A stretch of 64,000 bases of DNA, from NCBI GenBank assembly GCA_040403495.1, contig JBBAKM010000004.1, positions 23,456 through 87,455 of the forward strand, given 5' to 3'. The translations under genes and the position numbers were made by a program. A model generated the notes under the pieces. It was not told the DNA's origin. It searched no databases and was given only the letters and a program-made list of their open reading frames with translations. Shown one piece after another: positions 18,865-28,310 of the stretch (the first letter of the stretch is position 1; each line of letters starts with the position of its first letter). Source of the DNA: Bacteroidia bacterium. GTDB lineage: Bacteria; Bacteroidota; Bacteroidia; NS11-12g; UBA955.

Positions 18865-20280
18865 ACCAGCAGACCAATTCAAACTGTAATTGGATTTGTT
18901 GAACTTATAGAATGCCTCTAATCTTTTTAAACGGCTTTCGTAAAGTTTTTGTTCTCTGGAGTTGATTAAGAAAATACTGCTTTCACCCAATTCAAATCTC
19001 GACTTTTCTGCATTTAATACACGGTTAAAGTTTTCGACCATTGAACTTGCCAAATTAACCTGACTTTGATATAAGTTAGTTTGTACTTTATAGTCTAATA
19101 TTTTATTTACAATACTGTTTTTAACCTGTTCAAAGGTGTAATTATTGTCAGAGATTTTTAGTTTAATAGATTGTAACTGACCTCTTTCTGCACGAAGAAA
19201 GATAGGGAACTGAACATCTACACCCCATTTGTAGTTCTGTGAAAAGTTGTTGTTGGCAATGCTAGGATTACGAGTGGCGTCATTTAATAGCACATTGTAG
19301 TTTACATCTATTTTGGGTAATAACTTATTAAACTTCAATTTTTCTTCCAATTCCAACTGTTCTATCTTTTGTTCAATACTCTTTACTTTTGGATGGTTTT
19401 GTGCCAGAAGGGTAGCTTCGTTTTTTAGTAAAGAATCATTTAAAATAAACTCTAATTCATCCACAACTGTTGGAATTATATTTTGTTCCAAAAATATAGG
19501 CTGATTGTTTTCGTTCCACAAAAAAGTATTGAGTTGAAATTTGATAGAGTTTAATTGGATAATCTCTTCTGCCAATAACATTTCAAAACTTTGTAGTTGT
19601 GATAGAGCTTCCACTGTATCTATGCTTGCAAGGTCACCAAACTCAACAGATTTTTTTAAGCCTACAATTCTCTCTCTGCCTATGTTTACAGCTTCTTTTA
19701 AAAGAGTTACTTTGGTGTATGAAAGCGACCATTCGTTGTAAGCATCATGGGCAGAAAATAATAAGTCGTTGACAGTATTTTGTCGGTCAAACTCACTTTG
19801 TTCAAGCATTGATTTTGCTTGTTTCAAAAATGTTCTTCTTTCATCAATCAATAATCCCGAACCTATACTAGCCTTAACTCCTGTATATAATAAGCCATTT
19901 GGAAGGTTTACGCGGTCACTTCCTATGTACTTGAATGAATTGTCACTCTCTCTTAATCCCTCATTAAACTCAAACCCTATTTTAGGTTGTAGGCCATACC
20001 AAGTAGGAATACTAACCTCGGTTAATAATTGTTGCCAGTAGTTTTTGTTATCAAATGTTTTTTGGTCAAACGAACCCCTAATTGTAGGGTCAAATTGTCC
20101 TCTAGCACTTAGTAAGTTAGCACGAGCTTGTTGTTTTAAAATCTCTGCTTGTTTTGCTACAGGGTGAAACTTCACAACAACCCCTACAAATTCTTTAAGA
20201 GAAAACACAAAAGTGGAATCAGCAGAAGCGCTGTATTGACAAAAAAGTAAAATAACGAGTGCTAAAATCTTACTTCTCAT
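18850..20280 (-). CDS. TolC-family outer-membrane efflux protein. The start is likely the internal Met at 20280; the ORF track's 20328 start would overlap the HlyD gene.
   Basis: The ~476-aa product has a signal peptide MRSKILALVILLFCQYSASA and repeated alpha-helical/beta-barrel OEP halves. It is the last gene of the ABC–HlyD–TolC operon. Confidence 0.85.
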   Translation of the reverse strand: MRSKILALVILLFCQYSASADSTFVFSLKEFVGVVVKFHPVAKQAEILKQQARANLLSARGQFDPTIRGSFDQKTFDNKNYWQQLLTEVSIPTWYGLQPKIGFEFNEGLRESDNSFKYIGSDRVNLPNGLLYTGVKASIGSGLLIDERRTFLKQAKSMLEQSEFDRQNTVNDLLFSAHDAYNEWSLSYTKVTLLKEAVNIGRERIVGLKKSVEFGDLASIDTVEALSQLQSFEMLLAEEIIQLNSIKFQLNTFLWNENNQPIFLEQNIIPTVVDELEFILNDSLLKNEATLLAQNHPKVKSIEQKIEQLELEEKLKFNKLLPKIDVNYNVLLNDATRNPSIANNNFSQNYKWGVDVQFPIFLRAERGQLQSIKLKISDNNYTFEQVKNSIVNKILDYKVQTNLYQSQVNLASSMVENFNRVLNAEKSRFELGESSIFLINSREQKLYESRLKRLEAFYKFNKSNYSLNWSAGLFAN

Positions 20281-21589
20281 TCTTTTTCTGGGTTTTGGTA
20301 GAATAATAAAAATCAGGAGGGAATCCATTCAAGTTACGCCAAATTTCGTACGCAACTCTAACATTTTTTAACAATCCTATTCCTCTGGCACCTCCGCCTA
20401 ATTGTATTTGTTTTGGCCAAGGATGTTCATTAGGGTCGGGGGACACTAATACACGGTATTTCCCATTTTCACTTATATCGCTGTCAATAACTGAAACTAC
20501 ACCGCCAAATGTACCATAACTTGCGCCGGGCCATCCCGAAAATACTATTGTTGGCCAACCATCAAACAGTATCCTAAACTGATTGCCTTTCTTTATTAAA
20601 GGCAAGTCCATTGGTTTTACATATAATTCTACCGCTAGGTTTGGTTGACTTGAGGTGATAGAAGCCACTTCTTCTCCTTGTTTGATGGTTTCTCCAATAC
20701 CCGATTTTCTGATTTTTACTATCTGACCTTTTCTTGGCGATAATAAAAAGTAATTCCCGTTTCTAATGGCGTAATTGCTGTATTGATTGTTTAGCTTAGA
20801 AAGTTCCTCGTCGGCTTTAAACATGTCTGAATTTGTGCTTTCTATTTCAGATTCTATTTTATATATCTTACTCAAAAATTCAGATTCAATGGTGTTTAAC
20901 TCAGTTATGGCATTAATATTTTCACTCAAACTAATAGAAAGTTTTTGTGAAGCTACAATTTCTTTTGAAGCAGCCTCTTGTTCTTTGTTTCTTCTTTGCT
21001 CTAATACTATTAAACTAATATTACCCTCCTTAAAAAGTTTCTCCCCACGTTCTAATTGCTCTTTTGAAATTTTATAATTCACAACAGCGGCTTTGAGTTC
21101 AGCACTGTCTTGCCTTACTTTGTCTCGACTTTGTTTTACTTTAACTTTGGCTTGCGCAAGTTTATTGAATAGGTTTTGTTTTTCTGCACCAACTTGTGAT
21201 TCTAGGAATTTTACCTTACTTTCATAGGAACCGATAGCACCTTCTTTTGCTACAATTTGCTCTTTCGTTCTGTTTAGTAATTTGGGGTCAAAATATTGGT
21301 CTTTTATCTCAGAAATAAAGATGATGGTATCACCTTCTTCTACCAAGTCACCTTCTTTGACATACCATTTTTCAATACGACCATCAATGATGCTTTGAAT
21401 GCCTTGTGGTCTGTCATAGGGGGTTAACGTGGTGACTTTTCCTTCTGAGCTAATATTCTGTGTCCAAGGGAAAAACATTAAAACGACAATAAAAACAAAA
21501 GTGCCAATAATGTATTTTTTTAATTTTCTGGCAGTTTTTGGAACCGTTATTAATCGTTCGCAAAGGCTATTTGATAATATATCTTCCAT
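20270..21589 (-). CDS. HlyD-family membrane fusion protein (type I secretion adaptor).
   Basis: The product has an N-terminal TM segment, a long coiled-coil region and a C-terminal beta domain GGVVSVIDSDISENGKYRVLV typical of HlyD. Confidence 0.85.
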   Translation of the reverse strand: MEDILSNSLCERLITVPKTARKLKKYIIGTFVFIVVLMFFPWTQNISSEGKVTTLTPYDRPQGIQSIIDGRIEKWYVKEGDLVEEGDTIIFISEIKDQYFDPKLLNRTKEQIVAKEGAIGSYESKVKFLESQVGAEKQNLFNKLAQAKVKVKQSRDKVRQDSAELKAAVVNYKISKEQLERGEKLFKEGNISLIVLEQRRNKEQEAASKEIVASQKLSISLSENINAITELNTIESEFLSKIYKIESEIESTNSDMFKADEELSKLNNQYSNYAIRNGNYFLLSPRKGQIVKIRKSGIGETIKQGEEVASITSSQPNLAVELYVKPMDLPLIKKGNQFRILFDGWPTIVFSGWPGASYGTFGGVVSVIDSDISENGKYRVLVSPDPNEHPWPKQIQLGGGARGIGLLKNVRVAYEIWRNLNGFPPDFYYSTKTQKKNEK

Positions 21590-21594
21590 TTATC

Positions 21595-23325
21595 TTAATT
21601 TAGTGTTTCTGTTATTTCAACTCTGTTTTTAATGTTTTCAAAATGGTCGTTTATTTTTATTTCTCCTTTTTCGAGATAAACAATTCTATCGCACATTGAG
21701 GCAAGTACACTGCTGTTGCTTACTATAATCAATGTCCATTTTGCTTCTTTTGAGGTTAGAAGACTGCATATTCTTGCTTCATCCTCACGGCCCATTGTGC
21801 CTATAAAATCTTCTACTAGCAATATTGATGGCTTCAATATTAAGTTTCGTGCAATTTCTATTTTTTTAACAATGGAATTAGAGAGTAACTCGTCGTTAGG
21901 ATACAATACCGTGTTCAATCCGTTTGGAAGATTGCCAATAAATTCAGTTAAATTAGTGTCTTCCAGCGCTTTGATAATTTGACTCATGTCTATGTCCTTT
22001 CGTCCCAAGGTTAAGTTTTCATACAAACTGCCATTGAATATACTTTGATTGCCAAAATCGCCTGATATATAGGTGTATAAATCTTCTAAATTGATGTTTT
22101 TAAGAGATATTTTATTGAATAAAATGTTTCCCTCATAATTTTGATTGATACCCGACAGTAAATTAGATAAAGTTGATTTTCCTGACCCTCCTTTTCCAAC
22201 TAAACAAACTTTTTCTCCCGGTTTGATAGTTAAGTTGACGTTTTTTAAAATTTTAGCGTCGTAAATCATTGAATTAACCGATAGATTGCTAATTTCAATT
22301 TCGATTTTATTGTCCTGTGATTCTAATTTATAGACCCCCTGTTCATCTATAGGAATGGTCAATACTTGGTCTAGTTTTTCTGCACTCGTTGCCACATCAT
22401 AAATGGCTTCTAAGCTTGTAATTAATTTTTCTACAGAACTAATTACCAAAATAATAATGATTTCTGAAGCAACGAATTGTCCAATATTGATTTGTTCAGC
22501 AAAGATTAAATTAGTTCCAATTATTAATAAACCTGAGGTTACTAATAATTTGAACCCTACCAAAAACCAATATTGTTGTATTAGTATTTTAAAGTGTCCT
22601 TTTCTCTCTTTCAACCAATGTGAAACCAATTTGTCAGTTTTGCGTAACGAGAAATCTTTGTGATTGTTCAGTTTGAAAATCTTTTGATTCCTTGCTACTT
22701 CTTCTAACCAAAACACAACCTTATACTTCATTTTAGATTCCTTTAAACTAGAGGCTATACCTCTTGGTAAAGTAAAACGGAGTAAAATAAACAATAAGAA
22801 TATTAAAAATAAACCAAAGAAAACAAAGAAAGGATGGTAAAATGAAAGCAATAACAATCCAAAAAGAACCTGAAAAATAGCGGATGTGAAATCAATCAAT
22901 ATTTTATTTAATCCCTTTTGTATGTTCGTAGCGTCAAAAAAACGATTCACCAATTCAGGTAAATAAACATTATTCAGAGATTCATTTTTAAATCGTGGTA
23001 TTTTGTGCGCAAACTCAAAAGCAGTAGTTGCAAATATTCTTTCTTGAATGCTTTCTGATATCCACATCTGCATAATTTGCAGAAACCCAGAGAATAAAAG
23101 ACCCAATAATACCAATGAAATCAACAAGTATAGCGAAAACGACATTTGCGCTCCCATAATAAATCCTATGATTGATTGAATTCCTAAGGGTAATGATAAT
23201 GCGATGATTCCCGAAAAAATTGCGTAACCATACATCAAATAAACATCCTTGGCGCTTGGTTTTAAAAGTTTAAAAAACTTACGGATTGGTATTAAATAAT
23301 TTATAAAGTGTGTATTTTGTTCCAA
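21595..23325 (-). CDS. ABC exporter (TMD + NBD fusion, no C39 peptidase domain) with a degenerate NBD.
   Basis: The product has six predicted TM helices and a Walker A box GKGGSGKST. Its signature is LSNSI instead of LSGGQ, its Walker B is ILLVED with D and E swapped, and the H-loop His is absent (IVSNSSV). Confidence 0.85.
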   Translation of the reverse strand: MEQNTHFINYLIPIRKFFKLLKPSAKDVYLMYGYAIFSGIIALSLPLGIQSIIGFIMGAQMSFSLYLLISLVLLGLLFSGFLQIMQMWISESIQERIFATTAFEFAHKIPRFKNESLNNVYLPELVNRFFDATNIQKGLNKILIDFTSAIFQVLFGLLLLSFYHPFFVFFGLFLIFLLFILLRFTLPRGIASSLKESKMKYKVVFWLEEVARNQKIFKLNNHKDFSLRKTDKLVSHWLKERKGHFKILIQQYWFLVGFKLLVTSGLLIIGTNLIFAEQINIGQFVASEIIIILVISSVEKLITSLEAIYDVATSAEKLDQVLTIPIDEQGVYKLESQDNKIEIEISNLSVNSMIYDAKILKNVNLTIKPGEKVCLVGKGGSGKSTLSNLLSGINQNYEGNILFNKISLKNINLEDLYTYISGDFGNQSIFNGSLYENLTLGRKDIDMSQIIKALEDTNLTEFIGNLPNGLNTVLYPNDELLSNSIVKKIEIARNLILKPSILLVEDFIGTMGREDEARICSLLTSKEAKWTLIIVSNSSVLASMCDRIVYLEKGEIKINDHFENIKNRVEITETLN

Positions 23326-23373
23326 TGTTATTTATTTTTTGTCAAATTTATTAATATTAAGAGAATATTTTGC

Positions 23374-23398
23374 ATACATTCGGATAAAAAGAATGTAT
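23374..23398. promoter_or_regulatory. Perfect 8-bp inverted repeat ATACATTC-N9-GAATGTAT in the divergent promoter region.
   Basis: Read directly between the T1SS operon (-) and the membrane-protein gene (+). A candidate operator. Confidence 0.3.
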
Positions 23399-23422
23399 AT
23401 TTCGATAATTTTTTAATTCTTT

Positions 23423-24559
23423 ATGCTCCATTACAACAAAGAAACAGTCAATAAGGTTTTGATAACAAGTGCTTTATTGTTTATAAATGCCTTATTTTGT
23501 GTTAAATATTTTGAACGTTATACCACATTGTATCCATTAGTCACTGTATTTTTACTTTCCCTACAAGTTGGTGTTTTGTATTTTTCTTTTTACGGCAAAT
23601 GCACCTTAAAGCAACAAAAAATAATCAAATACTTGTTGTTAATCCTAGCCGTTTTAGGTTCTCTCTTTGTTTTTCGTAAAATACACATTTCTTCTTTAAA
23701 TGTTGACAGATGGAGCGTTATATATTCTTTTTGGGAGGCTTTTTTTAATGGCGATTACCCCTATTTTGCTAAGTCACACATGAATAATCCGCCCGGACCA
23801 ATGCCCATTTATTTTGTAATCGCTTTGCCGTTTTATTTGATAAATGAAATTGGTTGGATGCCCCTTGTTGCCGTTTTTATAGGAGTCCTTTTTATTAATA
23901 AGCTAATCAAAAACCCCACTTCACAACTCGTTTTCATTCTTTTTATGTTCACTTTTATGGGGTTTTACTGGGAACTCCTGTCGCGAAGTACCATTTTGTT
24001 AAATTCATTTTTGGTATTAATTGTGCTCCTATACAGTGAAAAAAGTATTGCCCGACAAAATTATTCCTTTTATCTCAGCGCCCTCTTAACAGGTGTAATT
24101 TTATCAACCCGAATGGTCTTTGTTATGCCTTTTCTCTCCTTGGGAATTATGACCTTGCTTAGTAAAAAAGTTTCGTTTTCTAGGCTATTCAGCTGGACTG
24201 CATTAGCTCTCTTTGCCTTTGCTCTCACTTTCTTGCCATTTTATATCGGTTTCCAAGAATCGTTTTTCGTAATGAACCCATTCAAAGTACAATCAGGGTT
24301 TTTGTTGCCTTCCATTTACAATTACTTATTTATATTCATTTCAATAGTACTGAGTTTGTTTTTTTATAATCAATTAAGTCTTTTACTACTGTCGGGATAC
24401 TCATTGTTTATAAGTATATTTATTTATTTTGTTTACCATTTAATGCATTCAGGATTGCAAGGTGCTTATTTTCAAAGTGGTGCAGATATTTCTTATTTTT
24501 TATTTTGTGTTCCGTTTTTATTAATGCATTTTTTAATAGAAAAGAAAATAAAAATTTAA
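23423..24559 (+). CDS. Polytopic integral membrane protein of unknown function.
   Basis: The 378-aa product has ~10 hydrophobic helices and no recognisable catalytic motif. Confidence 0.45.
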   Translation: MLHYNKETVNKVLITSALLFINALFCVKYFERYTTLYPLVTVFLLSLQVGVLYFSFYGKCTLKQQKIIKYLLLILAVLGSLFVFRKIHISSLNVDRWSVIYSFWEAFFNGDYPYFAKSHMNNPPGPMPIYFVIALPFYLINEIGWMPLVAVFIGVLFINKLIKNPTSQLVFILFMFTFMGFYWELLSRSTILLNSFLVLIVLLYSEKSIARQNYSFYLSALLTGVILSTRMVFVMPFLSLGIMTLLSKKVSFSRLFSWTALALFAFALTFLPFYIGFQESFFVMNPFKVQSGFLLPSIYNYLFIFISIVLSLFFYNQLSLLLLSGYSLFISIFIYFVYHLMHSGLQGAYFQSGADISYFLFCVPFLLMHFLIEKKIKI

Positions 24560-24590
24560 TATATTCGCTTTTAAGAATTCATACTTAAAA

Positions 24591-27500
24591 ATGTCTGTAA
24601 ACACTCAACTTACCTATGATGAAAAATTTGAACAAATTTATCAATCCCTAAATTCAAATCAACAAGAAGCGGTCAACCATATAGATGGTCCTACTATGGT
24701 TATAGCAGGGCCCGGAACAGGAAAAACTCAAATATTAGCAGCTAGAATTGCCAATATATTAAAACAAACCGATACGGCGCCCTACCAAATATTATGTGTA
24801 ACTTTCACTGATGCCGGTGTTGTGGCAATGCGCAGTCGTTTGGAAAGTTTTATTGGTCCCATCGCCTATCAAGTTAATATTCATACATTTCACTCTCTTT
24901 GTAATCAAATCATATTAGAAAATACCGATTATTTTGGATACAAGTCTGTGCAAGCCGCCTCTGATTTGGAAATATTGCAAGTAATAAGTGAAATTATAGA
25001 CGAATTACCTGCACAACATCCAATAAAAAAACTAAAAGGGGATGTCTATCAAGAGGCTATCGATTTAAAAATTCTATTTTCAATTATGAAGAAAGAAGAT
25101 TTTTCAGTTGAATTTATCAAAACAAGAACAGACAAACACTTGGAAGACATGCTTGAAAGTGGTGATTTTTACTATAAAAGAGCTTACAAAGACAAAAAAG
25201 CAGGCGACTTAAAAGAAGATAGTTATAATCAAGAACTTCAAAAGCATGAACGACTGAAAGCCGCTGCCGAATTGTACTCTACTTTTACCCAAAAAATGAA
25301 GGAAAAAGGTTGGTATGATTTTGACGATATGATTCTTTGGGTTATCAATGCATTTAAAGATGATCCCTCTTTTTTGCTCAATTATCAAGAGCAGTTCTTA
25401 TACTATTTAGTTGATGAATTTCAAGACACCAATGGTTCTCAATTAGAGTTAATTAATTTGTTGGCAAGGTATGATGATAATCCCAATTTGTTTGTGGTAG
25501 GTGATGAAGATCAATCAATTTACCGTTTTCAAGGAGCAAATATTAATAATATAATAGATTTTGAGGAAGCCTATAAAAGTCATATTCATACCACTGTTTT
25601 AACCGATAATTACCGTTCATCACAGTCTATATTGGATGCTTCAAAAGCTTTGATTTCCTATAATACAGAACGCATTACAAGTGTAGATAAAGTGCTTTTG
25701 GCCAAAGGAGCAGTGAATGGCGCTTTCCCTAAATTGCCGCCAAGTTTGGAAGTGTATCAAAATAATCTCCAAGAAGTGGTCGGTATTGGAAACCAAATAA
25801 AAGCGCTGCATCAGCAAGGGGTAGCATACAAGGATATTGCAGTTTTGTACAGAAATCACAAACATGTAGATGACCTAATTGCTTACTTCAATATTCATAA
25901 AATGCCATACAGTTCATTTAAGAAAGTGAATGTGTTGGAGGAGCTTTTGATTAAAAAATTACTAACTATCCTAAAGTATATAGAAGCGGAAAATAAAAAG
26001 CCATTCTCGGGGGAATCCATGTTATTCCAAATTTTAAATTATGATTTTTATAACATTCATCCCTTAGATATTGCTAAAATTTCGGTTGAAATTTCCAAGT
26101 CAAGAAAAAAATGGCGAGAGTTTCTAGGTGAGAAAACCCAAGTTAATGCGTCCTTGTTTGACAATGTGAGTTCAAGTGAATCGAAAGCAGAACTTAATAG
26201 ATTGGTGTCCGATTTGGAATATTGGATTAAACAATCTAATAATTTAACACTCCCTCAATTGGTTGAGAAAATTATTGCCAAAGGTGGTGTTTTGAGCTAT
26301 GTAATGCATGCGCCTGATAAAAGATGGCAACTGCAAGTGTTAAGAACGTTTTTTGATTTTGTAAAAGCCCAAGCCGCCAAAAATCCTCAAATTTCAATTA
26401 ATGATTTGGTGCAATTGGTAGCAGAATACAACCGTTTTGGTATTTCATTGGATGCCATACAAATGACTTCCTCCCCTGACAGTGTCAATTTGATGACATT
26501 GCACAAAAGTAAAGGACTCGAATTTGCTTATGTTTTTATGATTAAAAGTACTGAATCTGATTGGTCCAAAAAAGGGGGAAATAAACGCGATTTTAATGTT
26601 GCTAAATATGTAAGTTCACGCGTTGATTCTGTTGCTGACCAAAGGGATATTGAGGAGTTAAGACGTTTGTTTTTTGTGGGAATGACAAGGGCAAAAAAAC
26701 AACTTACCATTTCATATTACAGTAAAACCATTAATGACAAAGAGGTTAGTAAATTGCAATTCGTGTCTGAATTAATTGAAAGTGCTGGATTGCAAGAAAA
26801 AAATGCACAAGTGGATGAAACAGATTTGTTTGATTTCGAAAGTGCCTTTTACCGCTTTGAGGAAACACCTGATTTTGACCTTATCGATCATGCTTTCATT
26901 GATGAAATTCTTAAAAATTACATGCTTTCAGTGACGCATCTCAACTCTTATTTAAAGTGTCCAATCACTTTTTATTTCAACAATGTATTGAGAGTGCCGA
27001 GTGCCAAAAATGAAAATCTAGCTTTCGGAACTGCCGTTCACGCTGCATTTGAGAATTTATTAAAAGAGAAAGCATCACAATCTGCATTGCCAGATGTTTC
27101 TTTATTCTTGTCAAGCTTTGTAAAGTCAATGCACCAAAATAGAGACAGTTTTACAGATAAATCTTTTGAAAGAATGATGATTCATGGGCAAGATGTTTTA
27201 ACAGCCTATTATCAAAATTATCAAAATGATTTAGCCACACTTACCACTTTTGATGTTGAGAAAAACTTAAACTCTGTTAATTTTAATGGCATTCCACTGA
27301 AAGGTAAGTTGGACTGTGTAATTACAGATGGTGCTAAAGCGTTTGTTGTTGATTTTAAGACTGGTAAATACGATAATGGCAAAAAGAAATGCAACCCACC
27401 TAAAGAGGGTGCTACCGAAGAAAGTAAGTTTGAAGAGCAATTTGGCGGTGATTATTGGAGACAAATGATGTTTTATGCCATATTGATAAAACACGATGAC

Positions 27501-27782
27501 CGATACAATAAACAAATGATTGGTGGTGAAATGGATTTTATAGAACCAAACGTGGTGGGAAATTCAACCAAATTCTTTAAAGAAAAATTCCAAGTATTGC
27601 CCAAAGAACTTGCCATTGTAGAACACCAAATCAAAGACACCTATTTTAAAATTAAAAACCATGAATTTGAAAATGGTTGTGGAAAAGAAGAATGTGATTG
27701 GTGTAATTTTGTAAAGTATTACCTAAAAAAAGAAGTTCATCTTAGTGAGCAATTGCCAGGTAGTCAGGTTGATGAAGATTAG
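24591..27782 (+). CDS. UvrD/REP-family helicase fused to a C-terminal PD-(D/E)xK (Cas4/AddB-like) nuclease with a Cys cluster.
   Basis: The product has a Walker A box AGPGTGKT, a DEFQDT DExx box, a helicase motif VI region VGMTRAKKQL, and a C-terminal nuclease with Cys residues (LKCP...CGKEECDWCNF). Confidence 0.85.
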   Translation: MSVNTQLTYDEKFEQIYQSLNSNQQEAVNHIDGPTMVIAGPGTGKTQILAARIANILKQTDTAPYQILCVTFTDAGVVAMRSRLESFIGPIAYQVNIHTFHSLCNQIILENTDYFGYKSVQAASDLEILQVISEIIDELPAQHPIKKLKGDVYQEAIDLKILFSIMKKEDFSVEFIKTRTDKHLEDMLESGDFYYKRAYKDKKAGDLKEDSYNQELQKHERLKAAAELYSTFTQKMKEKGWYDFDDMILWVINAFKDDPSFLLNYQEQFLYYLVDEFQDTNGSQLELINLLARYDDNPNLFVVGDEDQSIYRFQGANINNIIDFEEAYKSHIHTTVLTDNYRSSQSILDASKALISYNTERITSVDKVLLAKGAVNGAFPKLPPSLEVYQNNLQEVVGIGNQIKALHQQGVAYKDIAVLYRNHKHVDDLIAYFNIHKMPYSSFKKVNVLEELLIKKLLTILKYIEAENKKPFSGESMLFQILNYDFYNIHPLDIAKISVEISKSRKKWREFLGEKTQVNASLFDNVSSSESKAELNRLVSDLEYWIKQSNNLTLPQLVEKIIAKGGVLSYVMHAPDKRWQLQVLRTFFDFVKAQAAKNPQISINDLVQLVAEYNRFGISLDAIQMTSSPDSVNLMTLHKSKGLEFAYVFMIKSTESDWSKKGGNKRDFNVAKYVSSRVDSVADQRDIEELRRLFFVGMTRAKKQLTISYYSKTINDKEVSKLQFVSELIESAGLQEKNAQVDETDLFDFESAFYRFEETPDFDLIDHAFIDEILKNYMLSVTHLNSYLKCPITFYFNNVLRVPSAKNENLAFGTAVHAAFENLLKEKASQSALPDVSLFLSSFVKSMHQNRDSFTDKSFERMMIHGQDVLTAYYQNYQNDLATLTTFDVEKNLNSVNFNGIPLKGKLDCVITDGAKAFVVDFKTGKYDNGKKKCNPPKEGATEESKFEEQFGGDYWRQMMFYAILIKHDDRYNKQMIGGEMDFIEPNVVGNSTKFFKEKFQVLPKELAIVEHQIKDTYFKIKNHEFENGCGKEECDWCNFVKYYLKKEVHLSEQLPGSQVDED

Positions 27783-27839
27783 GATTGGTTTTTTGTTGAC
27801 TGAAACCGATATTTGATATTTTTTCTTTATTTTTGAAAA

Positions 27840-28307
27840 ATGAGAAATAAATCACTCCTTCTCTTGCTATTCTTTTGTGGATTGTCACCTCTTTATTCTC
27901 AAAATAATGATAATAAGAATTGCTTTTTTAAAGTGGATTCAGCAACGAAATTAATTGAACATGCCGGTGTTTTTGGAGGAAGTGGTTCCATTCAGTATGA
28001 CCTTTTTATAAAACTATCTCGTAAAAAAATTAAATCAATCGATTCTGCTTGGGCGCACAACCAAACGGCGATTGTTGTTTTTAAAGAACCTAAAAGTGAC
28101 AATGCTTTTGTGCTCAAAAAAAACAGAACTTACCATTTAATCATTACAATTCCCTTTAGACCTGACCCTGATCCGGAATTCCCAATTACAACTGTAAATC
28201 CCCCTCAACCATGTCAGGATTTATTAATCCGCCTGACTCATAAAAACAAACGTCACTTCGTTTGTGTTAAACAATTTAAAATTATCCCATCCATTAATTT
28301 ACCATAA
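27840..28307 (+). CDS. Hypothetical secreted protein.
   Basis: The 155-aa product has a signal peptide MRNKSLLLLLFFCGLSPLYSQ and no recognisable domain. Confidence 0.4.
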   Translation: MRNKSLLLLLFFCGLSPLYSQNNDNKNCFFKVDSATKLIEHAGVFGGSGSIQYDLFIKLSRKKIKSIDSAWAHNQTAIVVFKEPKSDNAFVLKKNRTYHLIITIPFRPDPDPEFPITTVNPPQPCQDLLIRLTHKNKRHFVCVKQFKIIPSINLP

Positions 28308-28310
28308 TTC

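Noticed and set aside
19313-20041. + strand ORFs inside the TolC gene, plus similar antisense ORFs inside glnN, the ABC/HlyD genes, htrA, ftsZ and ftsA.
   Set aside because: They are antisense shadows of long, well-supported genes.
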